A DNA stretch of 64,000 nt from a virus (taxonomy: Duplodnaviria; Caudoviricetes). Position numbers and translations under genes: made by a program. Below, in pieces: positions 47,834-58,147 of this stretch. The DNA lies in the IMG/VR virus record IMGVR_UViG_2648501128_000003, positions 2,151-66,150 of that record; one strand, written 5' to 3'. The notes below the pieces were generated by a model, which was not told the origin of the DNA, made no database searches, and saw only the letters and a list, made by a program, of their open reading frames with translations. The stretch's first letter is position 1. Each line of letters starts with the position of its first letter.

Positions 47834-48292
47834 GTGGCGTCAGTCGTAAATGAAATCGAATCAATTACCGAATTTATCGAGCCGTTATTTGCGGGCGCGA
47901 ACGTTCACTATCAGCAGATACCCGTCGAGCTGAAGCCGAACACGTTAATCGTGCGTTACTTGTCGAGTGGCAACGCGACCGAGACGAATTATCACTACCG
48001 GCTTGATCGCGATTATCAAATCGTATATTTCGCGCAGAACGAGTTCGCTTGCCTGCAAAAGTTCGAGCATCTTGAACGAAAATTGAATGACTTTTTAGTA
48101 ATACCGTTGAAAAACTCCGACCGTTACCTGCGATTGGAGTTTTTTTCATTTTCGCAACCATTCAAAACGGAGAGCGGAACGGTAATGGCAATATTAGGCG
48201 TCTTGCGGGCTAGTTTGCGTGAACCACGGACACAACCGGTCACGCCGAAAATTATGCACGTAGACGCAAGAATCGAAGAAGGAGGACGATAG
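47834..48292 (+). CDS. Tail terminator (XkdJ-like)
   Basis: Position before sheath gene. Confidence 0.65.
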   Translation: MASVVNEIESITEFIEPLFAGANVHYQQIPVELKPNTLIVRYLSSGNATETNYHYRLDRDYQIVYFAQNEFACLQKFEHLERKLNDFLVIPLKNSDRYLRLEFFSFSQPFKTESGTVMAILGVLRASLREPRTQPVTPKIMHVDARIEEGGR

Positions 48293-48293
48293 A

Positions 48294-49355
48294 ATGTCGA
48301 TTACGCAATGGGACCCGACCGCGTTGCCAATACGGCCAGGGCTTTACACAAACTTTGTTGAAGCGGCAATCGCGCAAATTACCGGTGGCGCGCGCGGAGT
48401 TGTAGCGATTCCACTCAAGAAACACGCCGGTCAAGCGGTTGCGAAAAAGTTCTACACGATTGAACGCGAGGGCGACGCGATTATAATGTTTGGTCAAGCG
48501 AATATTCAGTCGGTCGTGTTCGCACTGGCTGGAGGTGCGAAAGAGGTACTTGTTTACACAATGCCGACGATTGACGGCGCAGTAACAGAAGAAATCGCGT
48601 ACACAGAGGCGCGCGAAGCTTTCGAAGCACGTCCGTTTAATGTATTCGTTTACGACGGCGAAATCAGCGCGACGCAACAAGACGCGACTGTTGTTTGGCG
48701 CGAACGAAATGAAACGGAGAAAAAGCATTTCTTCTTCGTAACAGGTGGCGACGCAGTAGCCGACCAAGATCCGGCGACAGGAAACGCAAGGACGACGAAG
48801 TTTGCCGACGACGCGACCGTTAACTTAATTACGGGCGTAACGATTGGCGACAAGGACTACACGAGCGCAGAATATTCGGCTCATATCGCAGGGCTTATCG
48901 CAGGCACGCCAATTAATCGCTCAATTACTTACGCGCAAGTACGCGTCGATGACGTGACAAAACGCCTACGTAATAGCGAAATCGTGACGGCATTGCAGAC
49001 CGGCTCACTTGTACTCGTTCACGATGGCGAAAAGGTCATCGTTGAGCAAGGAATTACGACCGGCAAGCAGAAAATCCGCAAGGTGCGCGCACGTCAAGCT
49101 ATCGCGACGGACGTCGAAAAGACAGCACGCGACCATTACATCGGAAAGCTCGACAACAACGAGGATGGTCAAATGGCGCTGATTAACGCAATCAAAGCGT
49201 ATCTCGAAACGCTCGAAGTTAATAACGTCGTTACCGACATCGTGGTAACGCTAGACCCTCAACGTGAGTCGAAGGGCGACCAAGTATTCCTATTCATTTC
49301 AATTACGGAAATCGATTCGATGGAACGAATCTTCTTAACTATATCAACGCAATAA
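48294..49355 (+). CDS. Tail sheath protein (XkdK-like)
   Basis: RPGLYTNF, ARGVVAIP, SITY, IVEQGITT, YIGK..N, DSMERI. Confidence 0.9.
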   Translation: MSITQWDPTALPIRPGLYTNFVEAAIAQITGGARGVVAIPLKKHAGQAVAKKFYTIEREGDAIIMFGQANIQSVVFALAGGAKEVLVYTMPTIDGAVTEEIAYTEAREAFEARPFNVFVYDGEISATQQDATVVWRERNETEKKHFFFVTGGDAVADQDPATGNARTTKFADDATVNLITGVTIGDKDYTSAEYSAHIAGLIAGTPINRSITYAQVRVDDVTKRLRNSEIVTALQTGSLVLVHDGEKVIVEQGITTGKQKIRKVRARQAIATDVEKTARDHYIGKLDNNEDGQMALINAIKAYLETLEVNNVVTDIVVTLDPQRESKGDQVFLFISITEIDSMERIFLTISTQ

Positions 49356-49371
49356 GGACGGTGAATAACGC

Positions 49372-49794
49372 ATGATGGACCCGAGTAAAGCACTTAATGG
49401 TGTATTTGGAAAGATGTATCACGATGGGGAATGGCTTACGAATATCACCGCAGCGGAAGCAAATGTTGACATTGGTAAGGAAGAGATTCGTATAGCTGGT
49501 ACGCGATGGGTTGGACATAAGACGGTTAGTTTAACGGGTAGTGGTTCAATGACGGGTTATAAAGTGACTAATGATTTATCCATGAGAATTGCACAAGTTA
49601 CTGACGACAACCAAGGCGTATTCGTGACCGAATTAGTCATGAAGCTAGTTGACCCGGAAAACCACGACGGCAAGACATGGGTACGCTTGAAGGGCGTACA
49701 GTTCGACAGTATTCCGTTACTGAAATATGAAGTCGGAAGTATTGTTGAGGACGAAATGCCGTTTACTTTTACCGGATTTGAATACTTGAACTAA
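49372..49794 (+). CDS. Tail tube protein (XkdM-like)
   Basis: NGVFGK, GSGSMTGYKV, KLVDP, PFTF. Confidence 0.9.
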   Translation: MMDPSKALNGVFGKMYHDGEWLTNITAAEANVDIGKEEIRIAGTRWVGHKTVSLTGSGSMTGYKVTNDLSMRIAQVTDDNQGVFVTELVMKLVDPENHDGKTWVRLKGVQFDSIPLLKYEVGSIVEDEMPFTFTGFEYLN

Positions 49795-49855
49795 AAATTA
49801 TGGCGGGCGCTTGCTCGCCTTTTTAAATTCGAAAATTACCGAGAGGATGATATAA

Positions 49856-50421
49856 ATGGACGCACTAGAAGCGTTATTAGGCGCAGACTTGAAAATCGAA
49901 CAAGAGGTATTTATTAAGCGATTAAATACGCATTTTACCGTGAAGGCAATCGACGGTCAAACGATCAATAAACTTCGCGATGAAGCTACGCACTACGTCG
50001 GCAAAGGTTCGAAGCGAAAGGCGCAATTTAACGAGGAAGAGTTTAATAGTTCGCTGATTGTCGCAGGCTGTGTCAATCCCGATTTCAGTAACGCGAAATT
50101 ACTCGAAAAGTATGGCGCAAGAGACGCGAGTGACTGTGTACTAAAAGCGTTACTAGCCGGCGAAATTATCGCATTACAAGAAGCAATCCTTCGCTTGAGT
50201 GGTTTCGTCGATAACGCCGACGACGAGGTGGAAGAGGTAAAAAACTAATTGAGTCAGGCGGAGAAGCGTACTTGTTGCATCGAATTTTCCAAAATCACGG
50301 AATACCGCCTGACGAAGTGTATCGCAAAGAATGGCGCATTCGAAAGTTTATGTATGCGTCCGAGTTAATCGTAATCGATGCGGAAGAAGACTTCCGTAAA
50401 AAGAAGGGAGGTAACACATAA
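49856..50421 (+). CDS. Tail assembly chaperone (XkdN-like; short form ends 50248) with predicted -1 frameshift extension
   Basis: Slippery A AAA AAC at 50239-50245 before TAA; -1 frame open (LIESGGEAYLLH..PPDEVY..FMYAS) to 50421. Confidence 0.85.
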
Positions 50422-51968
50422 TGGCGTTCAATTTACGCGCAACATTATCGCTTGATGGTAGTCAATTCATCAACACTATGAACCGTGTTAACCGCGTCTT
50501 AACGTCGCCGTTACGAGCCATCGGCAGTCTAACGACGAGTTTGCACGGACTTGTGGGCGCATTTACTGCGGCTGCGGGAGCGAAGAAGATATTTGAAGAA
50601 ACAATTGGTCAGGCGGCGAAGTACGAGCAATCTACGATTACTATTAGCGCCATGTTAAACGATAAAAAACTCGGTCAAGACTACATGAAACTCGTTGACA
50701 AGTTCGCGATAGACTCGCCGATCATGGATTCGCAATCAATGCTCGCCAACTCGAAGTCATTCTTGACGCAGTCGAAGGACATGAAGCAACTCGAAAAAAT
50801 GTGGTCGTTAGCTGAACGTATGGCTGCGATTGACCCGTATCAAGGGGTCGAAGGGGCCGTGTTCTCATTGCGTGAGTTGTTCTCCGGAGATGCTTTTTCG
50901 ATTGTTCGACGTTTCGAAATGCCGAAGAAGGTCATGAACGAAATTAAGAAGATGGAGTTGCCGGACCAGTTAGAGGCGCTAGACAAATATTTTAACAAAA
51001 TAGGTATGACGCAGAAACTTATCGACGAGATGGGTGGAACAACGCTCGGTATTTGGGCGCAAATTAAAGAAAAGACGAACGTAATTCTCCGTACGATGGG
51101 TCAGCCAGCGTTAATGAAGATTAAGTCGTTTTTAGACGGGCTTAAAAATAACATGGCGACTGTCAGCGAAGTCATGGCGAACCGAAACTTCTTTACGCCG
51201 GAAGAGTTCAAAGCTAATCTTGAGCGTGCCATGACGATTGAAAATTTCAAGGAGACTGGAACGAAGATTCTTGAAAGTGTTATGACGGGTTTTATTAACG
51301 CAGCGAAAGGAATCGGTAATTGGATTCAAGCACTGACAAATAATCCGGAGTTTCAAAAGCTTGAATCTCTCTCGGCGAAAGTAATTTTCGTGTTTGAGGA
51401 TATCTGGGGAAGATTTGAGACTTGGTTGGCTAATGGTGGGCAGGAGAAAATTAATAGAATCACTAAGGAACTTCTGGAGGTTATGGCTGTCGGTCTGATT
51501 GCCTCACAAGAAATAATCGTCAAGGCGGCTACTACTATCGGAGAGGCTGTCGGGTCCGCGATGGCAAGTAGTGCCAGTGATACTTTTGCAAAGTGGCAAA
51601 ACCAAAAAATGAACGAATCTAAGTTGTTCAAAATACCGATGTTAGCACCATTTAAATGGGCGAATAACATGGGTATGAAGATGAGGGAAGACGCCAAAAA
51701 AGGGGATTCTAAAAAAGCTTCGCCCAGAATTATTCCGCCGAAGAAAAACGGAGGTCTTAGCCGTGTGCCTTATAACGGTGCGACCTACTCGCTACACAAA
51801 GACGAAATGGTCTTATCTCGCGGAGAAGCGGCGGCTTATCGTAAAGGCAATCATGGTGGAGTTGTAATATCGGGAAATACGTTCCACGTGCGCCAAGATT
51901 CCGATATTCAAAAGGTCGCGCAAGAGCTTGCGAAACTAATCGAAATGGAAGGGGCGCAAATGCCGTAA
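50421..51968 (+). CDS. Tape measure protein (short, 515 aa)
   Basis: Position after chaperone; helical; C-terminal GGLSRVPYNG..LHKDEMVL. Confidence 0.88.
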   Translation: MAFNLRATLSLDGSQFINTMNRVNRVLTSPLRAIGSLTTSLHGLVGAFTAAAGAKKIFEETIGQAAKYEQSTITISAMLNDKKLGQDYMKLVDKFAIDSPIMDSQSMLANSKSFLTQSKDMKQLEKMWSLAERMAAIDPYQGVEGAVFSLRELFSGDAFSIVRRFEMPKKVMNEIKKMELPDQLEALDKYFNKIGMTQKLIDEMGGTTLGIWAQIKEKTNVILRTMGQPALMKIKSFLDGLKNNMATVSEVMANRNFFTPEEFKANLERAMTIENFKETGTKILESVMTGFINAAKGIGNWIQALTNNPEFQKLESLSAKVIFVFEDIWGRFETWLANGGQEKINRITKELLEVMAVGLIASQEIIVKAATTIGEAVGSAMASSASDTFAKWQNQKMNESKLFKIPMLAPFKWANNMGMKMREDAKKGDSKKASPRIIPPKKNGGLSRVPYNGATYSLHKDEMVLSRGEAAAYRKGNHGGVVISGNTFHVRQDSDIQKVAQELAKLIEMEGAQMP

Positions 51969-52624
51969 TGGGAAAAGTACAATTTTGGCTAATCAACGGG
52001 AGCAAGCGAATCCAATTACCGGTCAATCCCGAAACAATGTCCGTAAGTAGCCCCTTCGGATTCGAGGACGTCACTGTCGCGCAACTTGGCGAGATTACCG
52101 TGATAGGAGACGTCATGTTGCGCGAAGTTACATTTTCGTCATTCTTTCCGCGTGACTATAATCCGTCTTATTGCGAATATTCGCGCCTTCCACGACCTAC
52201 CGATATTCACAATTTACTTGAGCGCTGGAAACGCGAGCGAAAGCCTATTCGTTTTGTTGTGACTGGTACAATCGTAAATTTCGACGTAACTATTCGGGAC
52301 TTTACGGTCGAGCCAGAACGTGCAGGAAGCCCTGGCGATTTGTACTTCTCGATGACACTAAAGGAATATCGCCATTTTACCGTAAAGAAGGTCAAAGAGT
52401 CGGATGGCAAGGCGAAAGCTTCGAAGGGCAACGAAAGACCGGCGCCACCTCCGTCAAAATCAACGAACTACTCCGTGAAGAAAGGCGACTCGCTTTGGAA
52501 AATCGCTGCGCGCGAGTACGGAGACGGCAATCAATGGCGTAAATTGTACGACGCAAATAAAGCGATAGTCGGCAAGAATCCGAACCTGATATATCCAGGT
52601 CAAAAGTTGGTGATTCCGCGATGA
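51968..52624 (+). CDS. LysM-containing tail tube initiator (XkdP-like)
   Basis: LPVNPE, SSFFP, LysM YSVKKGDSLWKIA..NPNLIYPGQKL. Confidence 0.92.
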   Translation: MGKVQFWLINGSKRIQLPVNPETMSVSSPFGFEDVTVAQLGEITVIGDVMLREVTFSSFFPRDYNPSYCEYSRLPRPTDIHNLLERWKRERKPIRFVVTGTIVNFDVTIRDFTVEPERAGSPGDLYFSMTLKEYRHFTVKKVKESDGKAKASKGNERPAPPPSKSTNYSVKKGDSLWKIAAREYGDGNQWRKLYDANKAIVGKNPNLIYPGQKLVIPR

Positions 52625-53640
52625 GTGAAGCGCGATTGAAAGTAATTTACGACAACGACCTCGAAATCACGCCGTTAGTAATTAGCGCTGATTTATCGGG
52701 TCACAGCGAAAAACCTAATCGTCAATTATCGTTAACCTTGAAAAACACGATTGATGGACACAAGCAAGCCGTAAGTATCGCGAAAGGTAAGCGAATCGAA
52801 TTTCGCAATAACAACACGGTGCGTTTTATCGGCGTAATCTTCTCAACGGATATCAACGAAAAGGGCGACATGCAGATTACGGCTTACGACGAAAATATTT
52901 ACCTACTAAAATCGGTCGAAACTCGCAAGTTTTCGAAAGTTAAAGCGTCGGATATTGCGCGTCGACTTTGCGCAGACTTCGGCATCGAATACGGACAAAT
53001 AGCCGACACGGGCTACGTAATCCCAACGCTTATTTGCCGGGAAAAAACGTTATACGAGATTTTACTAATGGCGCTAACCTTAACGCGAAAGCAGACGGGC
53101 AAGCGCTTTTTTATATGGAGTAAAAACGGACGGCTCATGATAACGTCGGGTGTCGAGCAGAAAGCGCAATACCTAATCGAAGCAGGCACGAACATCATTA
53201 GCGCCAGTTACTCCGAATCTATCGAAGAAACGAAAACGCGCGTCAAGGTTATCGGCGGTAAAGACGGTAAGTTCGTAGCAACAGCGAAAGACTCGGCGCT
53301 TGAAAAGCAATACGGCATCATGCAAGCGGTCGAAAAGATGGACGAGGATGCGACGAAATCACAAGTCGAACAGCGTGCGAAAACGCTACTCAAAGAACGG
53401 GCGGTAATCGACGATCAAGCGACCGTTACTGCGTTAGGTATCGACGAAATTATCACCGGAACAGCCGTCTATGTTCGCGAGCCAATGACGGGTATTATCG
53501 GCGGCTACTACGTCACCAGCGACAGCCATACGTATCAGAACGGCTCGCACATGATGACGCTGGAACTTTCGCATACTTACGACTTACCAACAATCGAAAT
53601 ATCGAAGGAGGAATTGGGCATTGTCGACAAACCAAAATAA
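52621..53640 (+). CDS. Baseplate hub protein (XkdQ-like)
   Basis: TAYD..YL, DTGYVIP, YGIMQ, SHTY. Confidence 0.88.
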   Translation: MSEARLKVIYDNDLEITPLVISADLSGHSEKPNRQLSLTLKNTIDGHKQAVSIAKGKRIEFRNNNTVRFIGVIFSTDINEKGDMQITAYDENIYLLKSVETRKFSKVKASDIARRLCADFGIEYGQIADTGYVIPTLICREKTLYEILLMALTLTRKQTGKRFFIWSKNGRLMITSGVEQKAQYLIEAGTNIISASYSESIEETKTRVKVIGGKDGKFVATAKDSALEKQYGIMQAVEKMDEDATKSQVEQRAKTLLKERAVIDDQATVTALGIDEIITGTAVYVREPMTGIIGGYYVTSDSHTYQNGSHMMTLELSHTYDLPTIEISKEELGIVDKPK

Positions 53641-53980
53641 CGGGCGACTGGAAGGAAGCGGAGCAGCAAAACTGATTCAGATGATGAAAAAGCACGGACA
53701 TAATACCGACGTTGATGTCGAACTGGCAACGGTTGTCGCGCCTCCTCCTTCGTTGCAAATCCGTTTAAATAGCGATAATTTAACGCTCGATAAATCTGAT
53801 TTAATTATCGCAGAACACTTAACGGAACATACGCGAAAGGTTTCAATTACCGGCGGGTCGGTGTCAGTGTCGGACGCAGCCATGACGGTCAAATCACCGT
53901 TAAGCCCCGGCGACCAAGTGATCGTCGTGTCCGCGAACGAGGGGCAACTTTACTATGTTCTCGACAAGGCGGTGGTGTAA
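53621..53980 (+). CDS. Baseplate spike-like protein (XkdR/DUF2577)
   Basis: LATVVAPPP, LSPGDQV, YYVLDK. Confidence 0.85.
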   Translation: MSTNQNNGRLEGSGAAKLIQMMKKHGHNTDVDVELATVVAPPPSLQIRLNSDNLTLDKSDLIIAEHLTEHTRKVSITGGSVSVSDAAMTVKSPLSPGDQVIVVSANEGQLYYVLDKAVV

Positions 53981-54408
53981 TGGCGTTATCACCGTTTCAG
54001 CCAATCGAAGAAAGGGTCGACGCGGTAGACGAAATCACCACAGTCGAGCCATCGAAAACATACCGACTAAGCTACGAGTCAAACGAAATCAGCGGACTAA
54101 TCGACGGTGAAGAAGCCTTGCGCCAATTCATCATAAAAGCGATTACGACGGCGCGATTTCGTTTTTTAATTTACGACGAGCAATACGGCTCGGAACTCGA
54201 CGAACTAATCGGCGCAGACGTGTCGCTCGAACTTTTGCAAATGGAAATTCCGCGCGTGATAACCGAGGCGCTGATTTACGACGACCGTGTTGCCGACGTA
54301 ACCGACTTCGAAGTCACTCGCGACGGCGACAAGTTATTCGTCAGCTTTCGCGTGGTCACAACGGAAGGCGAGGACGTAATACTCGACGAAATGGAGGTGG
54401 GGCTATAA
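53980..54408 (+). CDS. Baseplate wedge protein (XkdS/DUF2634)
   Basis: EALRQ..TARF..IY..YGSE..EALIYDDRV. Confidence 0.88.
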   Translation: MALSPFQPIEERVDAVDEITTVEPSKTYRLSYESNEISGLIDGEEALRQFIIKAITTARFRFLIYDEQYGSELDELIGADVSLELLQMEIPRVITEALIYDDRVADVTDFEVTRDGDKLFVSFRVVTTEGEDVILDEMEVGL

Positions 54409-55484
54409 TGTACGAAAATGAAACGAAAGACGCGATACTTGCCCGTTTACTTGCGCAGATTAACGACGACATTGATAAGCGTCAAGGCTCGGTAACTAAC
54501 GATTTGCTTTCGCCGGCTGCGATTGAATTTGCTCAGGCATATCTCGCTCTCGACCAAGTGTTGACGTTTGGATTTGCGACCGAGGACACGCCATCTAATT
54601 TCCTCGATTTACGTTGCGCAGAAATGGGCGTTTATCGTAAGCCGTCCGTCAAGGCAATCGGTCAAGTTACGTTCAGCGGTCCGGAAGGCACGGTCATACC
54701 CGTCGGCACTCGCGTTAGAACAGACGAAGTCGAGCCGGTTTATTTCGCAACAACAGCCGAGGGCACGATTACAAACGGAGTAGTCACGATCAACGCCGAA
54801 GCGGAAGCCGGAGGCATTAACGGAAACGTTGCGCAAGGAAGAATAACGCTTGTGCTTGGCGACCTAACTGGTATCGTTACCGTGAATAACTCGCAACCTT
54901 TTGATGGCGGGGTCGACACAGAATCGGACGCGTCATTACTCGCGCGATACATCGACAAGGTAAGCAAGCCGGTCACGTCGGGCAACAAGTATCATTACGA
55001 ACAATGGGCGAAAGAGGTTGCCGGTGTGGGCGACGCGAAAGTCTATCCGTTATGGGCGGGCGCAGGCACGGTAAAAGTCGTCTTGCTCGACGATGAAAAG
55101 ACAGCGCCAGCGCCTTCGGTCGTTGAAGCGGCTACGGCGCATATTAACGAGGTTGCACCGATTGGCGCGACGGTGACAGTCGTTGGTGCGACAGAATTGA
55201 CGATTAATGTGTCGGCGACATTAACGCTTGCCCCAGGCGCGAATCTTGACGAAGTAAAAGCGGAGTTTAGCGCGGCATTGGCGACATATTTAAAGTCGGT
55301 CGCGTTCGTAACTAACGAACATACTGGCGAGCCGGAGTTAATCCGTTACACACAAATCGCAAACTTATTGCTCGGCGTACCCCCGATTATCGATTACGAA
55401 AACTTGACGGTTAACGGCGGAACAGCGAACATTCAGCCGACTAGCGAGCAAGTTGGCGTTGTCGGGACGGTGGTGTTTACGTGA
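54408..55484 (+). CDS. Baseplate J-like protein (XkdT)
   Basis: DKRQGS, LDLRCAE, GGVDTESD, SGNKYHY..WA..V.GV, GAGTVKV. Confidence 0.93.
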   Translation: MYENETKDAILARLLAQINDDIDKRQGSVTNDLLSPAAIEFAQAYLALDQVLTFGFATEDTPSNFLDLRCAEMGVYRKPSVKAIGQVTFSGPEGTVIPVGTRVRTDEVEPVYFATTAEGTITNGVVTINAEAEAGGINGNVAQGRITLVLGDLTGIVTVNNSQPFDGGVDTESDASLLARYIDKVSKPVTSGNKYHYEQWAKEVAGVGDAKVYPLWAGAGTVKVVLLDDEKTAPAPSVVEAATAHINEVAPIGATVTVVGATELTINVSATLTLAPGANLDEVKAEFSAALATYLKSVAFVTNEHTGEPELIRYTQIANLLLGVPPIIDYENLTVNGGTANIQPTSEQVGVVGTVVFT

Positions 55485-56071
55485 AGTTTCTCGGCACAGA
55501 TTTAACGCGAAACATTGAACGCGATATGTTCGATTATGGGCCGCGCGAATACGAGGACTTTCGCGAGTCAAACGCCTTAATCAAATCGGAAGCGGCGGAG
55601 TTTGAACGGCTGAACGCGCAAATAGCCGACGTGCTTTCGCAGTTCTTCATCGACACAGCTACGTGGGGACTTTCGCGATGGGAGCGGCTTGTCGGCGTAA
55701 CGACAGACGAATCCAAGCCGTTGAGTCAACGAAGGTCGGTCGTTAAGGCGAAGTTGCGCGGAGTGGGTACGGTTACGGTCGACTTGATTAAATCCGTTAG
55801 TGAATCGTGGTACGCGGGAGAAGTTGAGGTTACGCAAAACACGACGCAGTATCTCGTGACCGTTGAGTTTACGTCAAGTTACGGAGTGCCAGAAAACCTC
55901 GACGACGTTGAGCGAGCATTGCGCGAAATTATACCGGCGCATTTACAGTTAGCGTTCAAGTTTCGCTTTGTTACGTATGACATGCTTAAAGCAACGGGGT
56001 TAACGTACGACGAGATAAAAGCGACCGGGCTTACGTATGACGAAATAAAGAACGGAGGAATAGCGCAGTGA
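55481..56071 (+). CDS. Baseplate protein (XkdU/YmfQ, DUF2313)
   Basis: QFFIDTATWGLSRWE, IIPAHL; C-terminal 10-aa repeats TYD(M/E)(L/I)KATGL. Confidence 0.88.
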   Translation: MKFLGTDLTRNIERDMFDYGPREYEDFRESNALIKSEAAEFERLNAQIADVLSQFFIDTATWGLSRWERLVGVTTDESKPLSQRRSVVKAKLRGVGTVTVDLIKSVSESWYAGEVEVTQNTTQYLVTVEFTSSYGVPENLDDVERALREIIPAHLQLAFKFRFVTYDMLKATGLTYDEIKATGLTYDEIKNGGIAQ

Positions 56072-56940
56072 GTACACCGAAACTAAATTTACCGACTGTA
56101 ACTGGAAACATGGCGAACGATGTTGTTGCGCATCTTAACTCGTTGGCGGAGGCGGTCGACGGGAAGGCTGGCTCGGCGAGTGGGCTTGCGATGTTGAACG
56201 CAGAGGGAAAGGTAATTAACGCGGATGGGTCGCAGGCTGGTGAAGTTACGCAGGCGGAGTTTGATGCGCATTTGGCTGATAAAGCGAATCCCCACGGCGT
56301 GGATAAAATTCAAGTTGGACTTGGGAACGTAGATAACGTCAAGCAAATCCCGTTAAGTGAGAAAGGTCAACCGAACGGGGTGGCTATGTTAGATGCTGAT
56401 GGGAATGTAATAAACGCAGATGGAAGTGGCATTAGTGGGTTTGAGTTAATCGCAACAGTAGAGCCTAGCGTATCAACCTCGGCGATAGTTCTATCAAGTA
56501 TACCGACCAAGTATAGAGACCTAAAGTTAATTATTAAATCTATTATTCCAGGCAACACAAACGGAGGACTAGCACCAGTTAGTTTGAAGATAAATGAAAG
56601 TGGAGTAGGGACAGTTAGAGGTATATCATTCCAAGGTTCAAGTACTACTAATGTAAACCATGATTCACAGTTGTATATTGGTCACTTCTATAGTCAGGTG
56701 AATACCACAAATGAGGCTACTTATGCAGAAATTGAGTTCTCGAATGAGCAAGGGGAAGCTAAGCGAATTAAACATAATCAGTACATTACCGGCTCATCAG
56801 GTAGTTCCCAAAAATTTGGGTCACTAGTGCTTTTGAGGTCGCCTGTTATAGAAAAAATAACATCAATTGAGTTATCAATACCTGATGTGAATTTCAAGTT
56901 TGCGCCAGGAACAAAAATTCAGTTATTCGGGGTGTTGTAA
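56068..56940 (+). CDS. Tail fibre / receptor-binding protein
   Basis: TPKLNLP start; HLADKANPHGV..QVGLGNVDN fibre motif; C-terminal ITSIEL..GTKIQLFG. Confidence 0.8.
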   Translation: MSTPKLNLPTVTGNMANDVVAHLNSLAEAVDGKAGSASGLAMLNAEGKVINADGSQAGEVTQAEFDAHLADKANPHGVDKIQVGLGNVDNVKQIPLSEKGQPNGVAMLDADGNVINADGSGISGFELIATVEPSVSTSAIVLSSIPTKYRDLKLIIKSIIPGNTNGGLAPVSLKINESGVGTVRGISFQGSSTTNVNHDSQLYIGHFYSQVNTTNEATYAEIEFSNEQGEAKRIKHNQYITGSSGSSQKFGSLVLLRSPVIEKITSIELSIPDVNFKFAPGTKIQLFGVL

Positions 56941-57240
56941 ATGTATGAAGTTATTATTGATGAATGGGGTGAGTGGCATGTTGCAAAGAATGCTGACGGT
57001 GAAGTTACTTCAAAGTTATTGGTAACACCTTCTCAAAAGTGGAGAGACGAAAACCAGCCTGATGTTTCTGTGCCACAACTGCCTACCTTTGAAGAAAAGT
57101 TGGAAACCTTAGAGCAAGAAAAGTTAGTCTTACAACTAGCCTTGGCAGAAAGTATAGAAAAACAGGAAATAGATAAGATCAATAATCAACTAGCATTAGC
57201 TGAATTAGTAGAAACGTTAACAATGAAAGGAGTTTTATAG
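56941..57240 (+). CDS. Tail fibre chaperone-like protein
   Basis: Position; QLALAEL repeats. Confidence 0.6.
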   Translation: MYEVIIDEWGEWHVAKNADGEVTSKLLVTPSQKWRDENQPDVSVPQLPTFEEKLETLEQEKLVLQLALAESIEKQEIDKINNQLALAELVETLTMKGVL

Positions 57241-57241
57241 A

Positions 57242-57382
57242 ATGATAATTTTGTATGCGGACTTAGTAGAATTGGGATTAAGAGTGTTGGAAAATCCACA
57301 ACCGGGCGAAATTGCTGTTCCTGCTTTCTTGAGGGCGGACGTAAAGAAAGAATTAGAAAAACGTGCTTCCATGAGTTCTTAA
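57242..57382 (+). CDS. CD1375/XkdX-like small protein (46 aa)
   Basis: LYADLVELG..VPAFLRADVKKEL; RBS AAAGGAG. Confidence 0.7.
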   Translation: MIILYADLVELGLRVLENPQPGEIAVPAFLRADVKKELEKRASMSS

Positions 57383-57436
57383 TAAGCTTATGGCCGAGGA
57401 TGAGCAATAAACAACGATCAAAGGCGGTGATTCAAC

Positions 57437-57670
57437 GTGGACAATCCCGAAGTAATTAAATATCTTCTATCGCAGGGGCCTTACGCAGTATTATTCGTAG
57501 GGCTCCTTATTTATGTAATGAAAACGAACAAGGAGCGCGAAGCCCGTCAGGAGCAAACGAACGCCGAGCGCGAGTCACGGCTTCACGACTTACTCGACAA
57601 GTTCAGCGAAAAGTACGACGTGGTTATCGAAGAACTTCGCGGCATCAAATCGAAACTAGGAGGCGATTAA
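57437..57670 (+). CDS. BhlA/UviB-family holin-like protein
   Basis: SQGPYAVLFVGLLIYVMKTNKEREAR. Confidence 0.88.
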   Translation: MDNPEVIKYLLSQGPYAVLFVGLLIYVMKTNKEREARQEQTNAERESRLHDLLDKFSEKYDVVIEELRGIKSKLGGD

Positions 57671-57673
57671 TAA

Positions 57674-58147
57674 TTGGCTAGTGTAGAGCGGAACTGTCTA
57701 CAGTGCGGAACTACATTTTTCACTTTTCCGTCATATATAAGAAGAGGTAAAGGAAAGTTTTGCTCGATTTCATGCGGGACTACCTACAGAAACTTAACTG
57801 ACAACCCAGCTTGGCGCGATGAAGTTAAAAAGAAAATCAGCGAAAACCACGCGCCTGTTCCTTGGTTGTTTGATTATAGGTTCAATAACTACAAAGGAAT
57901 TGACGTAAAGCATTATCGAAAAAAGGCGTTGAGATACTATGGAGATAGTTGTAACAGATGCGGTATCAATGAAAATTTACAAGTTCACCATAAAGACCGA
58001 AATCGAAGTAATAACGAATTAGATAACTTGGAAGTGCTTTGCTACGATTGCCACTCCGAAGAACATAAAAATGAATTCAAAAGAGAGCGCTGTCCGGAAA
58101 CGGGGCGCTTTTTGAGTGAAGAAAAGGAGAGTGATGTCCATGTCTAA
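57674..58147 (+). CDS. Free-standing HNH endonuclease
   Basis: CLQCG..FCSISC; CNRCG..LQVHHKDRNRSNNELDNLEVLCYDCH. Confidence 0.88.
   Translation: MASVERNCLQCGTTFFTFPSYIRRGKGKFCSISCGTTYRNLTDNPAWRDEVKKKISENHAPVPWLFDYRFNNYKGIDVKHYRKKALRYYGDSCNRCGINENLQVHHKDRNRSNNELDNLEVLCYDCHSEEHKNEFKRERCPETGRFLSEEKESDVHV

Noticed and set aside
50239-50421. Tail chaperone -1 frameshift as a novelty
   Set aside because: Well-known feature of long-tailed phages; listed as a feature only.
55972-56055. 30-bp tandem repeat as a DGR or phase-variation element
   Set aside because: Encodes in-frame TYDxxKATGL repeats; no reverse transcriptase or invertase in the window.
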